A DNA stretch of 64,000 bases from Camelus dromedarius (Eukaryota): positions 93,436,001 to 93,500,000 of the forward strand of contig NC_087436.1 of NCBI RefSeq assembly GCF_036321535.1, written 5' to 3'. Every line of letters begins with the position of its first letter. The stretch's first letter is position 1. Positions 1-12,230 of this stretch are shown here, piece after piece. The position numbers and the translations under genes were made by a program. The notes below the pieces were generated by a model. That model saw only the letters and a list, made by a program, of their open reading frames with translations, searched no databases and was not told the DNA's origin.

Positions 1-521
1 GAATTTTTATTCTCTAAGAACCTATTGCTTTCTTGTGGTTTAGGCAAGCCCACCCCCCCCCCCCATTTTTTTTTTTTTTTTTTTTTTTACAGCAAGGTGG
101 GAGTCTGAGAACCAAACAATAAAATGACAGATCATAGCCCTTAGAGGAAAACAACCAGCCATCCCTTGGAGTGGAAGGCTCAGAAAAGCCGAGGTTCAAG
201 CTGCACTCATGAACAGGATGAACTGTCTTCCTGGATAACTGGCATAACGGAACAGAGATGCTGCTTCTCCTCCAAATTTAAGGCAATGCTGGATGGATGA
301 GCGAGGAGGCGATAAACTCTTATTACCACAGGACCCCCAGTGAGTTGATACCCTGCAAGTGCGAGTTTCTCCCTCTATCCCCCACAAGAACAGGGAACTT
401 TACCAGGTCTGGGCGCCCAGGCCAGGACGGGAGTGGGGCCTACACTGTCCTCACAGCCTCACTCGGCTTTGGGGAAGCGCGCACAGTCCAGGGCCTGTGC
501 ACCCCAGGCCCCACGCCCTAC

Positions 522-650
522 CTGGGCGGTGAGGGGAAAGAGCAGCAGCAGGGCGCAGGCAGGCGCTGGCACCGAGCCCAGAGTCTCCTCCTCCAGTCCC
601 AGCACGTCCGCGAAGCGCCACTGGCCGGTAACCCCCAGCCGGGTCAGCAC
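522..650 (-). CDS. UCHL1: UCHL1 exon 3 ([43 protein letters not shown]); the gene continues beyond the left edge of the window
   Basis: 129 nt bounded by ttctccgcag| and |gtaggg. The peptide is visible inside ORF 459..914(-) and matches UCH-L1 residues 16-58. Confidence 0.98.
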
Positions 651-1109
651 CTGCGGAGAAGAAATAAGGCGGCCAGGCGCGGAGACCCGCAAGTGGCAGA
701 GAGGCAGGGCGGGCTCGGATCCTCGCGCCCCGACCCGGGCCTGGGAGGAGCCCCCGCCCCCAACCCGAGCCGGCGCAATGACACAGCACAAAGCGCAGCC
801 CACACGTGGCTCCTGCGACGCCCGGGCACTCGAGTCCGCGGGGCGCGCGCCACGCCCTCGGGAGCTCGGCCCCGGGCTCGCATCTGGGCGAAGCCTCCTC
901 CATCCCATCCCCAACTGGTTTCACAGTCACCGCCGCCTCCGATGCAGAGGCAGAGGCAAAGGGAGGGCGCCCCGGCCGCGCCCCAGCCCCACCGCCTCTC
1001 GACCACGCAGGGAGCCGCTCTGTCCTTGCGAAACAGCGGGAGCGGGTGGGCGCCTTTTCCTCGGCTCTCCCGGGGGAGGGGGATGGAGGCAGCGTGAGAC
1101 GTCACTCAC

Positions 1110-1121
1110 TTTGTTCAGCAT
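1110..1121 (-). CDS. UCHL1: UCHL1 exon 2, 12-nt micro-exon (MLNK)
   Basis: The minus strand reads cctttcag|ATGCTGAACAAA|gtgagt, with a canonical acceptor and donor. It continues the UCH-L1 sequence in frame. Confidence 0.97.
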
Positions 1122-1237
1122 CTGAAAGGCAAATGCAAAGAAAAATACAAAAATAAAACCACTCCGAGATACAGCTACCTGAGGGAAGCTGACCCTCGGC
1201 CCCACGCTCCCCAGATAACGATGCACCTGACCCTCAC

Positions 1238-1270
1238 CTCGGGGTTAATCTCCATTGGTTTAAGCTGCAT
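1238..1270 (-). CDS. UCHL1: Ubiquitin carboxyl-terminal hydrolase L1, coding part of exon 1 (MQLKPMEINPE)
   Basis: The reverse complement reads ATGCAGCTTAAACCAATGGAGATTAACCCCGAG followed by donor gtgagg. The peptide is the UCH-L1 N-terminus. Confidence 0.98.
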
Positions 1271-2477
1271 CCTCGCGAACCTTGAAAGGAGTCACGACCC
1301 AGAGAAGAGGAAAAACAGCGAACGGAGCCGCCCAGTCTGCCACTATAAAGCGCCGGCCTGACGCACTGTGGGTGCCTGCGCGGGGGGAGCAGGGGCAAAA
1401 CCAAGCGAGGGGAAACGGTCAGTCGCAGCCAAATGGGCACGAACCCCCCCATGCGCCGCGCGGAGTGGTACAGCCAAGCCCCCAAACCTTGCAGTCTCAC
1501 TTGCTGGTGAGATAATCTGGCGGTTGTGGAGATGGGTTTTGTTGGTGGGTGTTCCCTGAATGTGTGGAGCAGTCCTTTTGATGGAGTCTAATTTTTTGCG
1601 AAGTTTCTGGAAACCCACGCTTTGGACCGTCCTAATTACCCGAAAGCTTAGGGGGTCTCTGAAGCATGGAGAAAAATCCCAAATTCAACAGGTATATATT
1701 TAATACGAATATAAATATATGTCTCCCCAGTCCAGCAGCAGTTTGCATTTGACCTTAGACAATTCATCCTCCATGTTAAATCAAACCAGCGCCGAGGTTC
1801 GTTTTTAATTGACTGCCTAGAATAAAACATAGTCTGAAATATAGCAGATATTCTATTAGTAATGCTGATGTAATGTGACTCCCAGGGAAGAACTGGTTGG
1901 TCTTGGGGAAACGGTGGAGACCTGGGGGATGTGACTGTAATACAACACACAGAGAAGGCAGGCTGTCAGAGACTTTAGGAAACAGGTCCAGGGAAAAGAC
2001 ACGTAAAAATTCAAGACAAGAGGCTGTAAAAGGAAAAGCATTTTTTTAAAAGAATGGAAGGCTTTGAAAAACAAAATTTTAAGCACGGGAGAACGCTCTC
2101 AGTGAAGAAGAAAGGAAATGGCAACCAAAGAAGTCGCTGTTCTCTGACGATCTCAGGTGGGATTTGGGGTTTTTCTGCCAGCATATTCAAAAGGTGAAGA
2201 CAAATAGCGTATGCCTAAGAATGACTAAAAAGTGGAGCAAAATCTGTAAGAATAGTGCAGGAAAGCTAAACCTTAGAGTGAAGTGGGGCTTGCTGGATAC
2301 TAAGGAAGCAAGAAGGTTGAGTATTTTTTCACATATGCTCCGAACAAAACAATGATGATGTGAAAGAATTGACCTACCATTTAGGGGATCCAAGGTTAAC
2401 AGACGACAGAGGGAAGGGAGGGGTTCTGCTTGTTTTGAGTTGTTACCTCTACAGTGGATCAGATTTTTCTGCATGTC

Positions 2478-2780
2478 ATCTCATTTAACCCTTAGAGGAT
2501 CCAATGAAGAAATTCTTCAGATTTACAGCTCAGAATTCATGGCTTAAAGAGGTTAATTTGCTTTAAGATCACAATTGAAAAGTAAAACTGAGGTGGAGGG
2601 TATAGGTCAATGGTAGAGGGCATGCTTAGTATGCACGAAGTGTCATGGGTTCAATCCCCAGTACCGCCAGTTAAATAAAAATAAATAATAAATAAACCTA
2701 ATTACCTCCCCCCCCAAACAAACAAAAAGTAAAACTGAGAAGTAAAGCCAGCTAAATTGGCCTCAAAGAGCCCATTCTCT
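2478..2780 (-). mobile_element. MIR fragment interrupted by a younger SINE
   Basis: catctcatttaaccc...tttacagc...gaggttaatttgc...gatcaca resembles the MIR core. The similarity resumes after the SINE TSD. Confidence 0.55.
2593..2724 (+). mobile_element. tRNA-Ala-derived SINE (camelid Vic-1-like)
   Basis: Has an A-box-like head (tataggtcaatggtagag), B box ggttcaatccc and an A-rich tail. Perfect 15-bp TSD aaaagtaaaactgag at 2578-2592 and 2725-2739. Confidence 0.9.
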
Positions 2781-4435
2781 ATCCAAAATTCCACTACATT
2801 CTTCAATTTGCTCCCCATTTTACCATCAGAAAAATGACCTTCACATGGAAAATGAGAGAGGAAAGACGTAGGTAAGAACTTAATGGGTGAATTTTATGGT
2901 ACGTAAATTATGCCTCAGTAAAGTTGTTTCTTTTAAAAAAAAGAACACTTGAAAGTCATGATGGGTCAATAGTAGTATAAGAATACTTGGCTACATGGAA
3001 TGAGTTCTTGCCTTTAGACAGAGACAGATTAAGCCCAGTTTACTTCATTTTTTCAACAAATGCTGATTAAGCACCTACTATGTGATGGGGTTACAAAGGT
3101 GAGCAAAGTAACTTCCCTCATGGAGCTCTTATCAGTAATGAGTGGTGTGAGAGGGAGTAGAGCTCAGGAGCTAGTCTACGTAGGGAATCAGGAGGGCTTC
3201 CCGAAGGAAGTGCCATTTAAGATTAGGCCTGTTGGACCCGTAGAAGTTAGCAGGTGACAGTTATTATGAAAGTAAATAGTAAGAGAAGTAGTGATGACAC
3301 TTTGAGAAATCTTTGTTAAAGTTAGTCATTTATTCACTCAACAAATACGTATATTGAAGGCCTACTGTGCTAGGAAGCATCAGAGCAATAAATAAAACAG
3401 CTCACTGCTTACAAGAAGATGCCAGAGACTAGATATGCACAAACTGTATCTTGATCTTTTTTTTTTAAGTTGGGGAGTGGAGAATGTATTGCTGAAACTG
3501 TAGGCCAGGAGATTTGATATCAGTCATTGCCAAATTTTAGGACTGAACTCTTAGGAAAAATAAAATGGTTGCATTTAGAGCAAGTTATGTCTGCCAAAAC
3601 TTATCTCCTTTTCTTTTGGGGTTACCAGCTAGATGGACAGGCAGAACAGTTCTCGTTTTATTCTTTCTTCATGCTGCCTGAGTTGGTGTCAATTGATATT
3701 ACAGTTAAGGTGGTTTTATAACTTATTTACATTATTCTACCTTTAAAAAAAAAAAGTACTGCTGAATGGAGTAATCTCAACCTGCAGCCACCTGGCAGCA
3801 GTTTTAACCCTGTCTTGTGCAGTTTTATTGGAGCAGAGAGACAGGGTGCACGCATGCAAGCAAGAATAAGCAATTTAAATGGCAGAATTATGAGATTCAG
3901 GAAAATGAGTTAAAAGTAAAATGATGAAATTTAATAGAGATTTTGGTGATGGTTGTACACTTCTATGAATATACCAAAAAACTTCAAATGGGTGAGTGTA
4001 TCTTAACAAAGCTGTTAAAAATTATGATAGGGATATGTGTGAAGCTCTGCACATCAATTATAGTACTGTTGGTCTTTGTAGTCACTTTTTTCTTGATTCT
4101 GTGGTTGCAAAAGTATGTAATAATATGGAAAAATATCAAGTGAAAAACAAGTCACAGCATTTTGTTTATAATCATTAAAAATGAATACACAAAAATCACA
4201 AGGAAAAACTTTTTTAAAAATCAATTAAACATGCAAGGTAAATATGACATAGACCTGTTATAGGAGGAAAAAGAAAATCAATGAGTGGATAAGTTGTCCT
4301 TCATAAATAAAGAAGCCATTTCTGATTCACCAGGAGTAGGATTTTTATATCATGTGTTATTTTTCTAGCAATAATGAATGTTTGAGATGGACCCTTTAAA
4401 AGCCAACCTTCTGCTGATTTTTTTTTTTTTGCACT

Positions 4436-4640
4436 CTTTTTTTATTGAAGTATAGTCAATTTACAATGTGTTCATTTCTGGTGTACAGCATAGTGATTCA
4501 TTTATACATATATATGTATATTCATTTTCATATTCTTTTTCATTATAGGTCATTACAAGGTGTTGCATATAGTTCCCTGTGCTATACAGTAGAAACTTTT
4601 TGTTTATCTGTTTTATACATAGTAGTTAGTATCTTCTGAT
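4436..4640 (-). mobile_element. L1 3' end fragment
   Basis: tttttattgaagtatagtc...ccctgtgctatacagtag is the same 3' UTR type as the L1 at 19368-20905. Confidence 0.8.
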
Positions 4641-7133
4641 TCTGATGACTAATGAGATAGATATTCAAATATCCTTGGTAGATCAGTTCTACAGTGTTAT
4701 GGAAGGTGATCCTGAAGGCTCAGCCCCGGGGTTAGTCCTCCAGCACTGCCAGTGGTTTTGAAAGCATCTAATTCCCTGTATTAAATCCCGTGCTACTTGG
4801 GTGGGCTGGGATTCCTGTGTTGGTATACTGCAGGCATACCAGTAGTAGTAGTACGTGAGATGATTTTAGATGAATCACAAACTTGTAATAATTATTTGTT
4901 TTAATGCACATAATAAAAACTGTATGTTCTTGTATGTGTATGTCATTAGAACAACAAATTTGTGATTTCACAGATGTTAAATCTTTGGGCAAATCTAAGG
5001 TATACTAAGCAAAGTGTATTATTGGTCTACAAAGATACTGCCAAAGTCATAGGAGTCATTCACAGAGCTCAAAGATAGGAAAACTTTAATGACAAAAGAC
5101 TCTTACTAATTGAAGGGGTAGAGTATACAGTGTATTTATGAAGGCAAGATACTCAAGCACTGATGTAATGCTCCTCAAATATTTTGAGAAGTGGGTATTT
5201 CTGCCTGAAGTCAAAAAAGTTACCCAGGGAGGGAGATGAGGCAGGAAAGAGCACTAGCTCTTTTTGTTATTCAAAGGACTTTGTATTTGCCATCCCCACT
5301 GAAACCTCATACTGATCTCTGATCCCCCTATTTCTACCTTGATTTTGCAGATAATTGAGGCCTCAGAGAGGCTGTTTAAATTGCTAAAGCTCACACAGAT
5401 ACTTAGTGTCTGAGTCCAGGTTTCATCCCAACTTTATTTGATTTAAAAACTCATCCATGTTCAACTCTCCTGCCTACTTCCATGTAAGGTCCAGCCTTAC
5501 AGCCTTAGTCATTACCACCGGAAATAAATATTAAGATCAGCCACTGAGAAGAAAGAACTTAAATGACTTCCACAATGTCCAGGGCCAGAGCAGATCACCC
5601 AACTCTGAAAAGCATGGCTCACTTTGAGGTCCAAGAGTTGAGTTTGAATTCATAATTAGCACATACATTACTGACAGAGTACTTACTCAACACTTTTTTA
5701 ACTTACTTGGCAATTCTTCTACCAAAAATATTTTCCCAGAAGCAAGGTTCTGAGATCCAGATATTTTAAACTTAAAAATAACACAATAATAATTATATAC
5801 AATGCAAAGAATTTACCACACTTAGTTCCCATGGTAAAGTCAATTTTCTCCTATTTCCTAAAAGCAGTTCATTAACTGGTATTCACAAGTATATCTGAAG
5901 GAAGAAAGATAAATGTGAAGGAGGAGAATGCATGTCCTCATTGAATTATTTATATATATATATATAATTATATATTCATACAGTCATATATTCATTCAAC
6001 AAAAATTTTTTTTGAGTACCTACTATATGCCAGGCACTATACTAGGCTTACCTGGATTGAGGGTGAGGTTGACAGATGACAGATATAAAGCATAGACCAT
6101 GCTTCCTGAGCTTTTAAATGTCATCAGTTTCAAGATAAATCATCCATTTAAGAGCCATTTCTTTTTTGGGGGGGTGGGGTGGGGAGGCGGGGAATCCAGA
6201 GCATCAAATATATTTATCAGTTGTAAGACATCTCTCTTTTCAAAATATTTAAACATGAAAAGCATGTACATCTTAGACACAAGGGAATACTGATTCTTTT
6301 TGATCAAGCTTTTCTCTATCAACTTGTGTTCAGCACAGCTAGCAGCATGCACTGTCCACAGTGAAAGATAAATGCCTTATGTTGCTAAGGTATAGAGAAA
6401 GGGCTGGAGGACATGGGAGAACATGACACAACTGGTGGGAGATAATGAGAGGCGTGCTCAGGACCAGGGAAAGAGAGATCCTCCCTGTTATCACTCACTC
6501 ACTACTATTGTGGAAGTGAGAGGGCTTTGGTGGGCCTAGATCAGCCACCCAAAGTGTGAACACAGGCAGGTTAATTAACTTCTTTGCATCCCAGTTTCCT
6601 CAACAATAAAATGAGGATTACATGGACGCTAAGATTTCTCCCAATTCTAGCCTAGTGGGGAAGGACCTTGAGCAGCAGAAAATAAAAGATATATAGATCA
6701 AATCATATAAAAGTTTGGGTTAAGTCTAGTTTAATTTCTAATTCTTTAATTTTAGTCACTAGGCCTGTTTGATGTGACTAAGATATAATAAACAAAGTTT
6801 ATCAGTTAAAATTCTTTTGTGAAGGATGCTTCAGAGTTTGTTACATGTATCCTTTTACCAGGAGGTTATGAAGAATATGATAAGCAGAAAAAAATTAAAT
6901 CTATATACCAGGAAGAAATGTCTTCCTGAGAACACTGCTGAGTTATAAGGCCTAACCAAGCACTTTTTCAGAATCCTTTGAATGAATAAATCAATTTATA
7001 GATGTCTAGTGTCTTGGTCTTACCTGGACATTTAGCTTCAATGGCCTAAGAACATAAAGCAATTAAAAAACAAAAAACAAAAACCAAACCTCAACCCATA
7101 CATAAATCCACTACCCTAAGAAATTTACAGTTT

Positions 7134-7264
7134 GGTGGGGAGGGTATAGCTCAAATGGTAGAGTGCATGCTTAGCCTACACAAGGTCCTGGGTTCAATCC
7201 CCAGTACCTCCTTTAAAAAAAGTAAACCTAATTGCCTTCCCCTAAAATAAATAAATTTTTAAAA
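7134..7264 (+). mobile_element. tRNA-Ala-derived SINE (Vic-1-like)
   Basis: Body ggggagggtatagctcaaatggtagag...ggttcaatcccc. TSD aaatttac(a/t)gttt at 7121-7133 and 7265-7277. Confidence 0.9.
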
Positions 7265-9055
7265 AAATTTACTGTTTCATTTCTCCACATATTCCTTCTG
7301 GTACTTGGCCATTTTTGTAGCCAACTCTATTGCTACCAAAATTTACTCTCCTCTTCTTTCTAACCCAGCTGTCCACTGTTCCAGCCTCAGCTCCATACTG
7401 CCTTCTAAGACCTCAGCTCAAATCATTTTCTTTTTGGTGGGGAGGGTACTTCGGAGGAAGCAGGAGGAAGGGAGGATGTCCTTGGAGAACTCCTTTGCCT
7501 CTTGTGAGACCAGCAGTATTTCAAACAGCATGTCCCATGCAGTGTATTTAGACCTTCCGTGGAAGAGCCCCTTACAGCACTGGGTCAGCCATAATGCCAG
7601 AAGTAGATACCCTGTTTGCTTTTTTTTTTTTTTTATCAGCTCCCAAACTTTCACCAGCAGCCCCTATTCCTTGAAAATGGCCCTTGTGAATACTGGCCAG
7701 GACTGAGCCTAGTGCTTATCTCAGTAAGAGGACTCGGATCATTAAGAAGAGTGAGAAGCACATTGTATCTCAAGAAGGAAAAATAAAAAGAAATCCATAT
7801 TGTATCTCAAACTGGACAAATTAAAGAAACACATTGTATTCCAAAAAAGAAAAATAAAGAAAGAAATTCATGCTTAGATATAAGTAGCGAAACTGCGGAA
7901 CACTGAGAACAAAGAAAGATTTTAGAATCAGCCACAAAGAAAGCATAAGTGAAAATGGTACCAGTCTCCTCAACAGCAACCGAGGAAGCCGAGAGACAGT
8001 GAAATGACACCCCCAAAGTGTTGAAAGAATTAACTGTCATCCTTGAACTTCATATTCAGCAAAACTATCTTTCAAAAACAAAGGTGAAAAAAATTACATA
8101 TAAACGTAAGCTGAGTTTACTACTCAGAGACCTGTAAAAAGGAAATTCTAAAGGATGTAATTGGAGAAGGAAAATGATCCAGTAGATGATCTGAGAAAAG
8201 GGATTAAAATAATATTCAGTGGAAGCATGTATGTCAATCCAAATAAATAGTATTTCTGTATGAGAATAATATCTAGCTTATGGTATTAATAAAAAGGATA
8301 GCACTAAATGCTATTCTGCATCATATGTATGTGTGAGAAAGTGTGAGGAGAGTGGAAATATTCAAAGATCTTTTACTGTTCTGGCAGAGGTTAAGAAATT
8401 ATTTTACTTTAGGCTTTGATAAGTTATGTAGTCATGGTACCATCTCAAGGAAAATTAATAAAAGAATAGAAGCATATAAATCCAAACAATTAGAGATAAA
8501 TAGGAAAAGAAAAAAAACAAAAACAAAAACATACAAATCCCCAAAAGGGCAAGATAAGAGAGGGGAGAAAAACACAGAAAATCTAGGACATTCCCAGGAA
8601 AATGGGAATAACAAGGTAAGATAGAAAAAAGCAGAAAAAATTCCAAATTTTAAAATCATATTAAATGTAAATGGACTAAACTTAGATGTTTTATCAAATT
8701 AGATTTTTAAAACCTAGATATGTGCTATTTTTAAGAAACATGCCTAAAGCATAAGGATATGGCAAGGTCAAAATTAAAAGGGAAGGAAAAAGCTTTCCAG
8801 TAAAAATATTAACCAAAGAAACCTAGTATAACTACATTACTATCAGCATAATTGTGAAGCAAAAGCATAATTAGAGATAAAGGGCTTCATTCACCAGGAA
8901 GATACAATTCTAAAATTGCATGCTCCTAACAACGTAGGCTCAAATGTGTCAAACAAAATTTGATAGGACTGCAGAAGAAAACAGTTAAATCCACCATTAC
9001 CATGAACCCACCTTTCTCAATTATTTATAAGTCAAACTGACAATATAGTGAGGAG

Positions 9056-9662
9056 TGTGGTACCTGGTTAAAACCTGTATGTGGATTTTCAGACCTGACC
9101 ATAGGCAGTTATGAAGGCTTTACCTGGCCGGCCTCCTGGGGAAAGATGCCCATCCATACCAGATTTGGGATGCAGCCAGTGCACCGCAGCCTTTGAGGGG
9201 AACTGCACTCAAAGTCTCAGGACATGAGTCATGCTCTTTTGTTTACTTGCATTCCTACTCCCAGGGCCTTTATTTCTAGGTCTCTTTATCTGAGCCTTCA
9301 AGTGCCTGGCCGAGGCCTCTAACTTACTGGGAGCAGAGGGGAACCCTCCAAGGCACCTTTGCCCAGGCTTACTCAGTACTTTTTCACATCTCACCCTTCC
9401 CCTCTGCCCTCACTCCACCCCAAGGTCCATAAAACTCCTGGAGTCTTTTGTTCCAGGGCCCCCTCATTGAAGAGATGATCCACACTTGTGCACTGGTCCT
9501 CCTGATCTGTACCAGCACACAGTTCCCTGGGGGAAAGCAGACCGGGAGGGGTCTGCACTTTCTCCAGTTTAGCCACTTGTTTGTACCAAAGCGTTACGTG
9601 ATTAAAGGCTCAGCTCTTTCATTTTTGGTTTGTTGTTTTAATTAGCTACTCTGATACCTGGC

Positions 9663-9707
<45 letters not shown>

Positions 9708-9732
9708 ACAGCAGCTGGCAGAGATCCCGACA
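9056..9732 (+). mobile_element. Solo LTR, ERV-L class (LTR33-like)
   Basis: A GC-richer block with TG...CA ends inserted in the A-rich L1. Has an ATTAAA signal at about 9601 and an internal (CT)n. Confidence 0.6.
9665..9705. repeat. (CT)n microsatellite
   Basis: Direct reading. Confidence 0.95.
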
Positions 9733-10719
9733 TATAAAAGGTTAAAAAACAAAATTGAATACCACGATAAATAGTCTTAGTCTAACGGACATACATAAAA
9801 TTCTATACCCAGCAATTTTAAAATGTGCATTCTTCTCAAGAATTCAGGGAGCATTCGCAAACTGATTAAGTGCCTAGTCATAAAGCATGACTCAACAAAT
9901 TTTGCAGAATCAGTATTATGCAGACCATGTTTTCTAACTGCAATGCAATTCAGACACCAATAATAAAATGACAAGTGAGACTTTTAAAATTAACTTTGGA
10001 AATTAAAATGCACACTCTTTAGTAAATCATGGGTCAAAGTCATAATTGATATTTGGAAATATTTAGAACTAAGCAATAATAAAAGTATAAATATCAAAAT
10101 TTATGAGATGCAATGAAAGTAGTATTTCAGGGAAACTCATAAATGCTTATATTAGAAAAGAAGAAATGTGGAAATTGAGCTAAGCATCCAATTTAAGAAG
10201 TTAGAAAAAGAATAAAAACAAAATAAACCCAAAGCAAGTAGAAGAAAGTAGATAATAATGAGCAGAAATAGATGATATAGTAAAATGCAATAGAAATGAT
10301 CAACAAACAAAAGTTGCTTTTTTGAAAAAGATTAATAAAATAGTCATCTGGCAAGATTTAGGGGGAAAGAGATAATACATAAATAGACAATATTAAGGAT
10401 GTAAAATGGGAGTACAATCACATATACGTTATAGATTTAAAAGACAGTTTTAGGCCAATAAATTTCAAAACCTAGGGGAAGCTTTCAAATACCTAGGAAA
10501 AAACCCCAGAAAGCCTGCATCGTGAAACAAAATAAAGCAGTAATTTAAAATCTTTCCATGAAGCGATACCCAGACTTAAATGCTTTTCTGGTCTTACCAA
10601 ACATTCAAGGAACAGATCATTCTATTCTTACATAAACTATTCCTGAGAAGGTATAAGAGGGAATGCTAGCTGACTTTAGGGGAAATGACAGTGTAAGGGC
10701 CCCCAAAATTTACCCTCTC

Positions 10720-10895
10720 ACAAAAGCAATTCTCCATGTCTTCACCAACACTTACTTTCCTTTTGATTGTAGTCAGCCTCATGGATATGAGGTGGTATCT
10801 AATTGTCATTTTGATTTGTCTTTCGTTAAGGGCTACTAACATTGAACATCTTTTCATGTGCTTATTGGCCATATCTTCCTTGGAGAAATCTTTGT
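10720..10895 (-). mobile_element. L1 ORF2 C-terminal fragment
   Basis: ORF 10666..10923(-) contains DFSKEDMANKHMKRCSML...QIKMTIRYHL, a recognisable L1 ORF2 C-terminal segment. Confidence 0.8.
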
Positions 10896-10949
10896 TTACC
10901 ATAACCTTTTGAATCCATTCCAATAATAGTTTTGCTTACAGCATCCACC

Positions 10950-11540
10950 AAAATGGCCCTTGATCTAGGCACTCCTTACTTCCAGAGTAACTTTTTGCCC
11001 TCCTCTTGAACGACCAGCAGCATTCTCTCCTATCAACATTTTGGACAGCCAGCTCTTCTGGAATTTCCTCTTTCCTCACTGACACCCCTCTTCTGTCACC
11101 TTTACTGATTCCTCCTCCACTCCAGGACACTAGACACTAGATGGCCCCCATGACTCAGCGGTTGAACCTCTTCTGTTCTCTATTTATACACATGCCCTTG
11201 AAGAACTCATCCAGGTCATGGCTTTAAATCTCAACTCCATACTGGAGATTTCCAAATTTGTATCTCCAGCCAGACCTCACTTCTGAATTCATCTCCAACT
11301 GCCTACTCCCCATCTACATACCTAACTTGTCCCAAACTGAATTCCTCATCCTCCCCTCCATTTCTGTCCTTTTCACACTCTTCCTCATCTCAGAAAATGT
11401 CCACTTCACTGCAGGTCTAATTACTCAGGCCAGAAACCTCGCCGTCATTCCTGAGTCCTCTTTCTCTCATGCCCCAAATTCAGTCTGTCAGCAAATCCTG
11501 GCACCTCTATCTTCAAAATATATCCAGAATTCTTACCACT
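10950..11540 (+). mobile_element. L2 fragment
   Basis: tatctccagccagacctc...tccaactgcctac...ccaaactgaattcctcatc...cttcaaaatatatccagaat are typical of the L2 3' region. Confidence 0.75.
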
Positions 11541-11952
11541 GATAAAGTTACAAGGCAGCTGTTAGAAATAACATGCAGACATTTTGCTTTAAAACATGGA
11601 TTTGGAAAGTGGTATGCTAGTCCTACGTGCAGTATGATTCCGACAGTAGAAATATGCTTCTAATAAAGATTTGAAAGAAAGCCACAGAAATAATACCCTA
11701 AAAAAGTCACAGAGACATTTTTATATTGTCCCATATTTTTCTTTGAAAATATTTGTTAAGCTACAAAACTTCTGGGAAGCTTTCAGTGTTTATGATATTG
11801 ATGGGTGTTTCTGGAGTACAGTAATATTTTAAATACCCCTGTGACATCAGTGGGGAAGGGAACTCATATTTCTGGACACTTACTTGTACTACATGCTGCT
11901 CTAATTGTTTTGCACATAGTATCTCATTTAATCCTCTCATGCCTTTTTAAAA

Positions 11953-12230
11953 ACAACTTTATTGAGGTATAATTGGCAATAAATAATTAAAATGTGTAAT
12001 GTATAACTGACAAGTTTTGGCATATGTATACATCTGTGAAACCATCACCAAATCAAGATCGTGCACAGATCCACCACCTCAGAGGTCTCCCTGTGCCCCA
12101 TCCCTCCCTGCCACCCAGCTCCCCAAGCAACCACTGATCTACTTTTTGTCCCTGTAGACCGGTGTGCATTTTCTAGAGCTTTGTATAAATAGTATAGTAC
12201 ATTATGTACTTTTTTCTGTCAAGCTTCCTC
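11953..12230 (-). mobile_element. Old L1 (L1MB-like) 3' UTR fragment
   Basis: aactttattgaggtataatt...gtgaaaccatcacc...gcaaccactgatctact. Confidence 0.7.

Larger units (their letters stand above)
400..1520. promoter_or_regulatory. UCHL1: CpG island over the UCHL1 promoter and exons 1-3
   Basis: Very GC- and CpG-rich compared with the AT-rich flanks. Contains a GC box at about 1328-1333, TATAAA on + at 1344-1349 and CRE-like TGACGCA at 1359-1365. Confidence 0.9.
7830..10680 (+). mobile_element. Old degraded L1 (ORF1 end, endonuclease and linker remnants), interrupted by an LTR at 9056-9732
   Basis: Decayed ORF1 motifs (gagagacagtg..., cagcaaaactatctttcaaaa) and the EN start (ttaaatgtaaatggactaa). 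A-rich sense strand. Confidence 0.7.

Noticed and set aside
642..662. REST/NRSE-like TCAGCACCtgcGGAGAA at the UCHL1 exon 3 acceptor
   Set aside because: Half-site spacing is non-canonical, the right half is poor, and the sequence is explained by coding and splice constraints.
297..1156. Long overlapping ORFs (266, 230, 159 and 153 aa) around UCHL1
   Set aside because: Low-complexity Pro/Arg/Gly/Ala-rich frames are expected in a GC-rich island with few stops. The real coding sequence is the spliced UCHL1 exons.
7134..7212. tRNA-Ala gene call, also considered at 2593, 16085 and 59468
   Set aside because: These have shared non-tRNA tails, A-rich ends and TSDs, so they are SINE copies.
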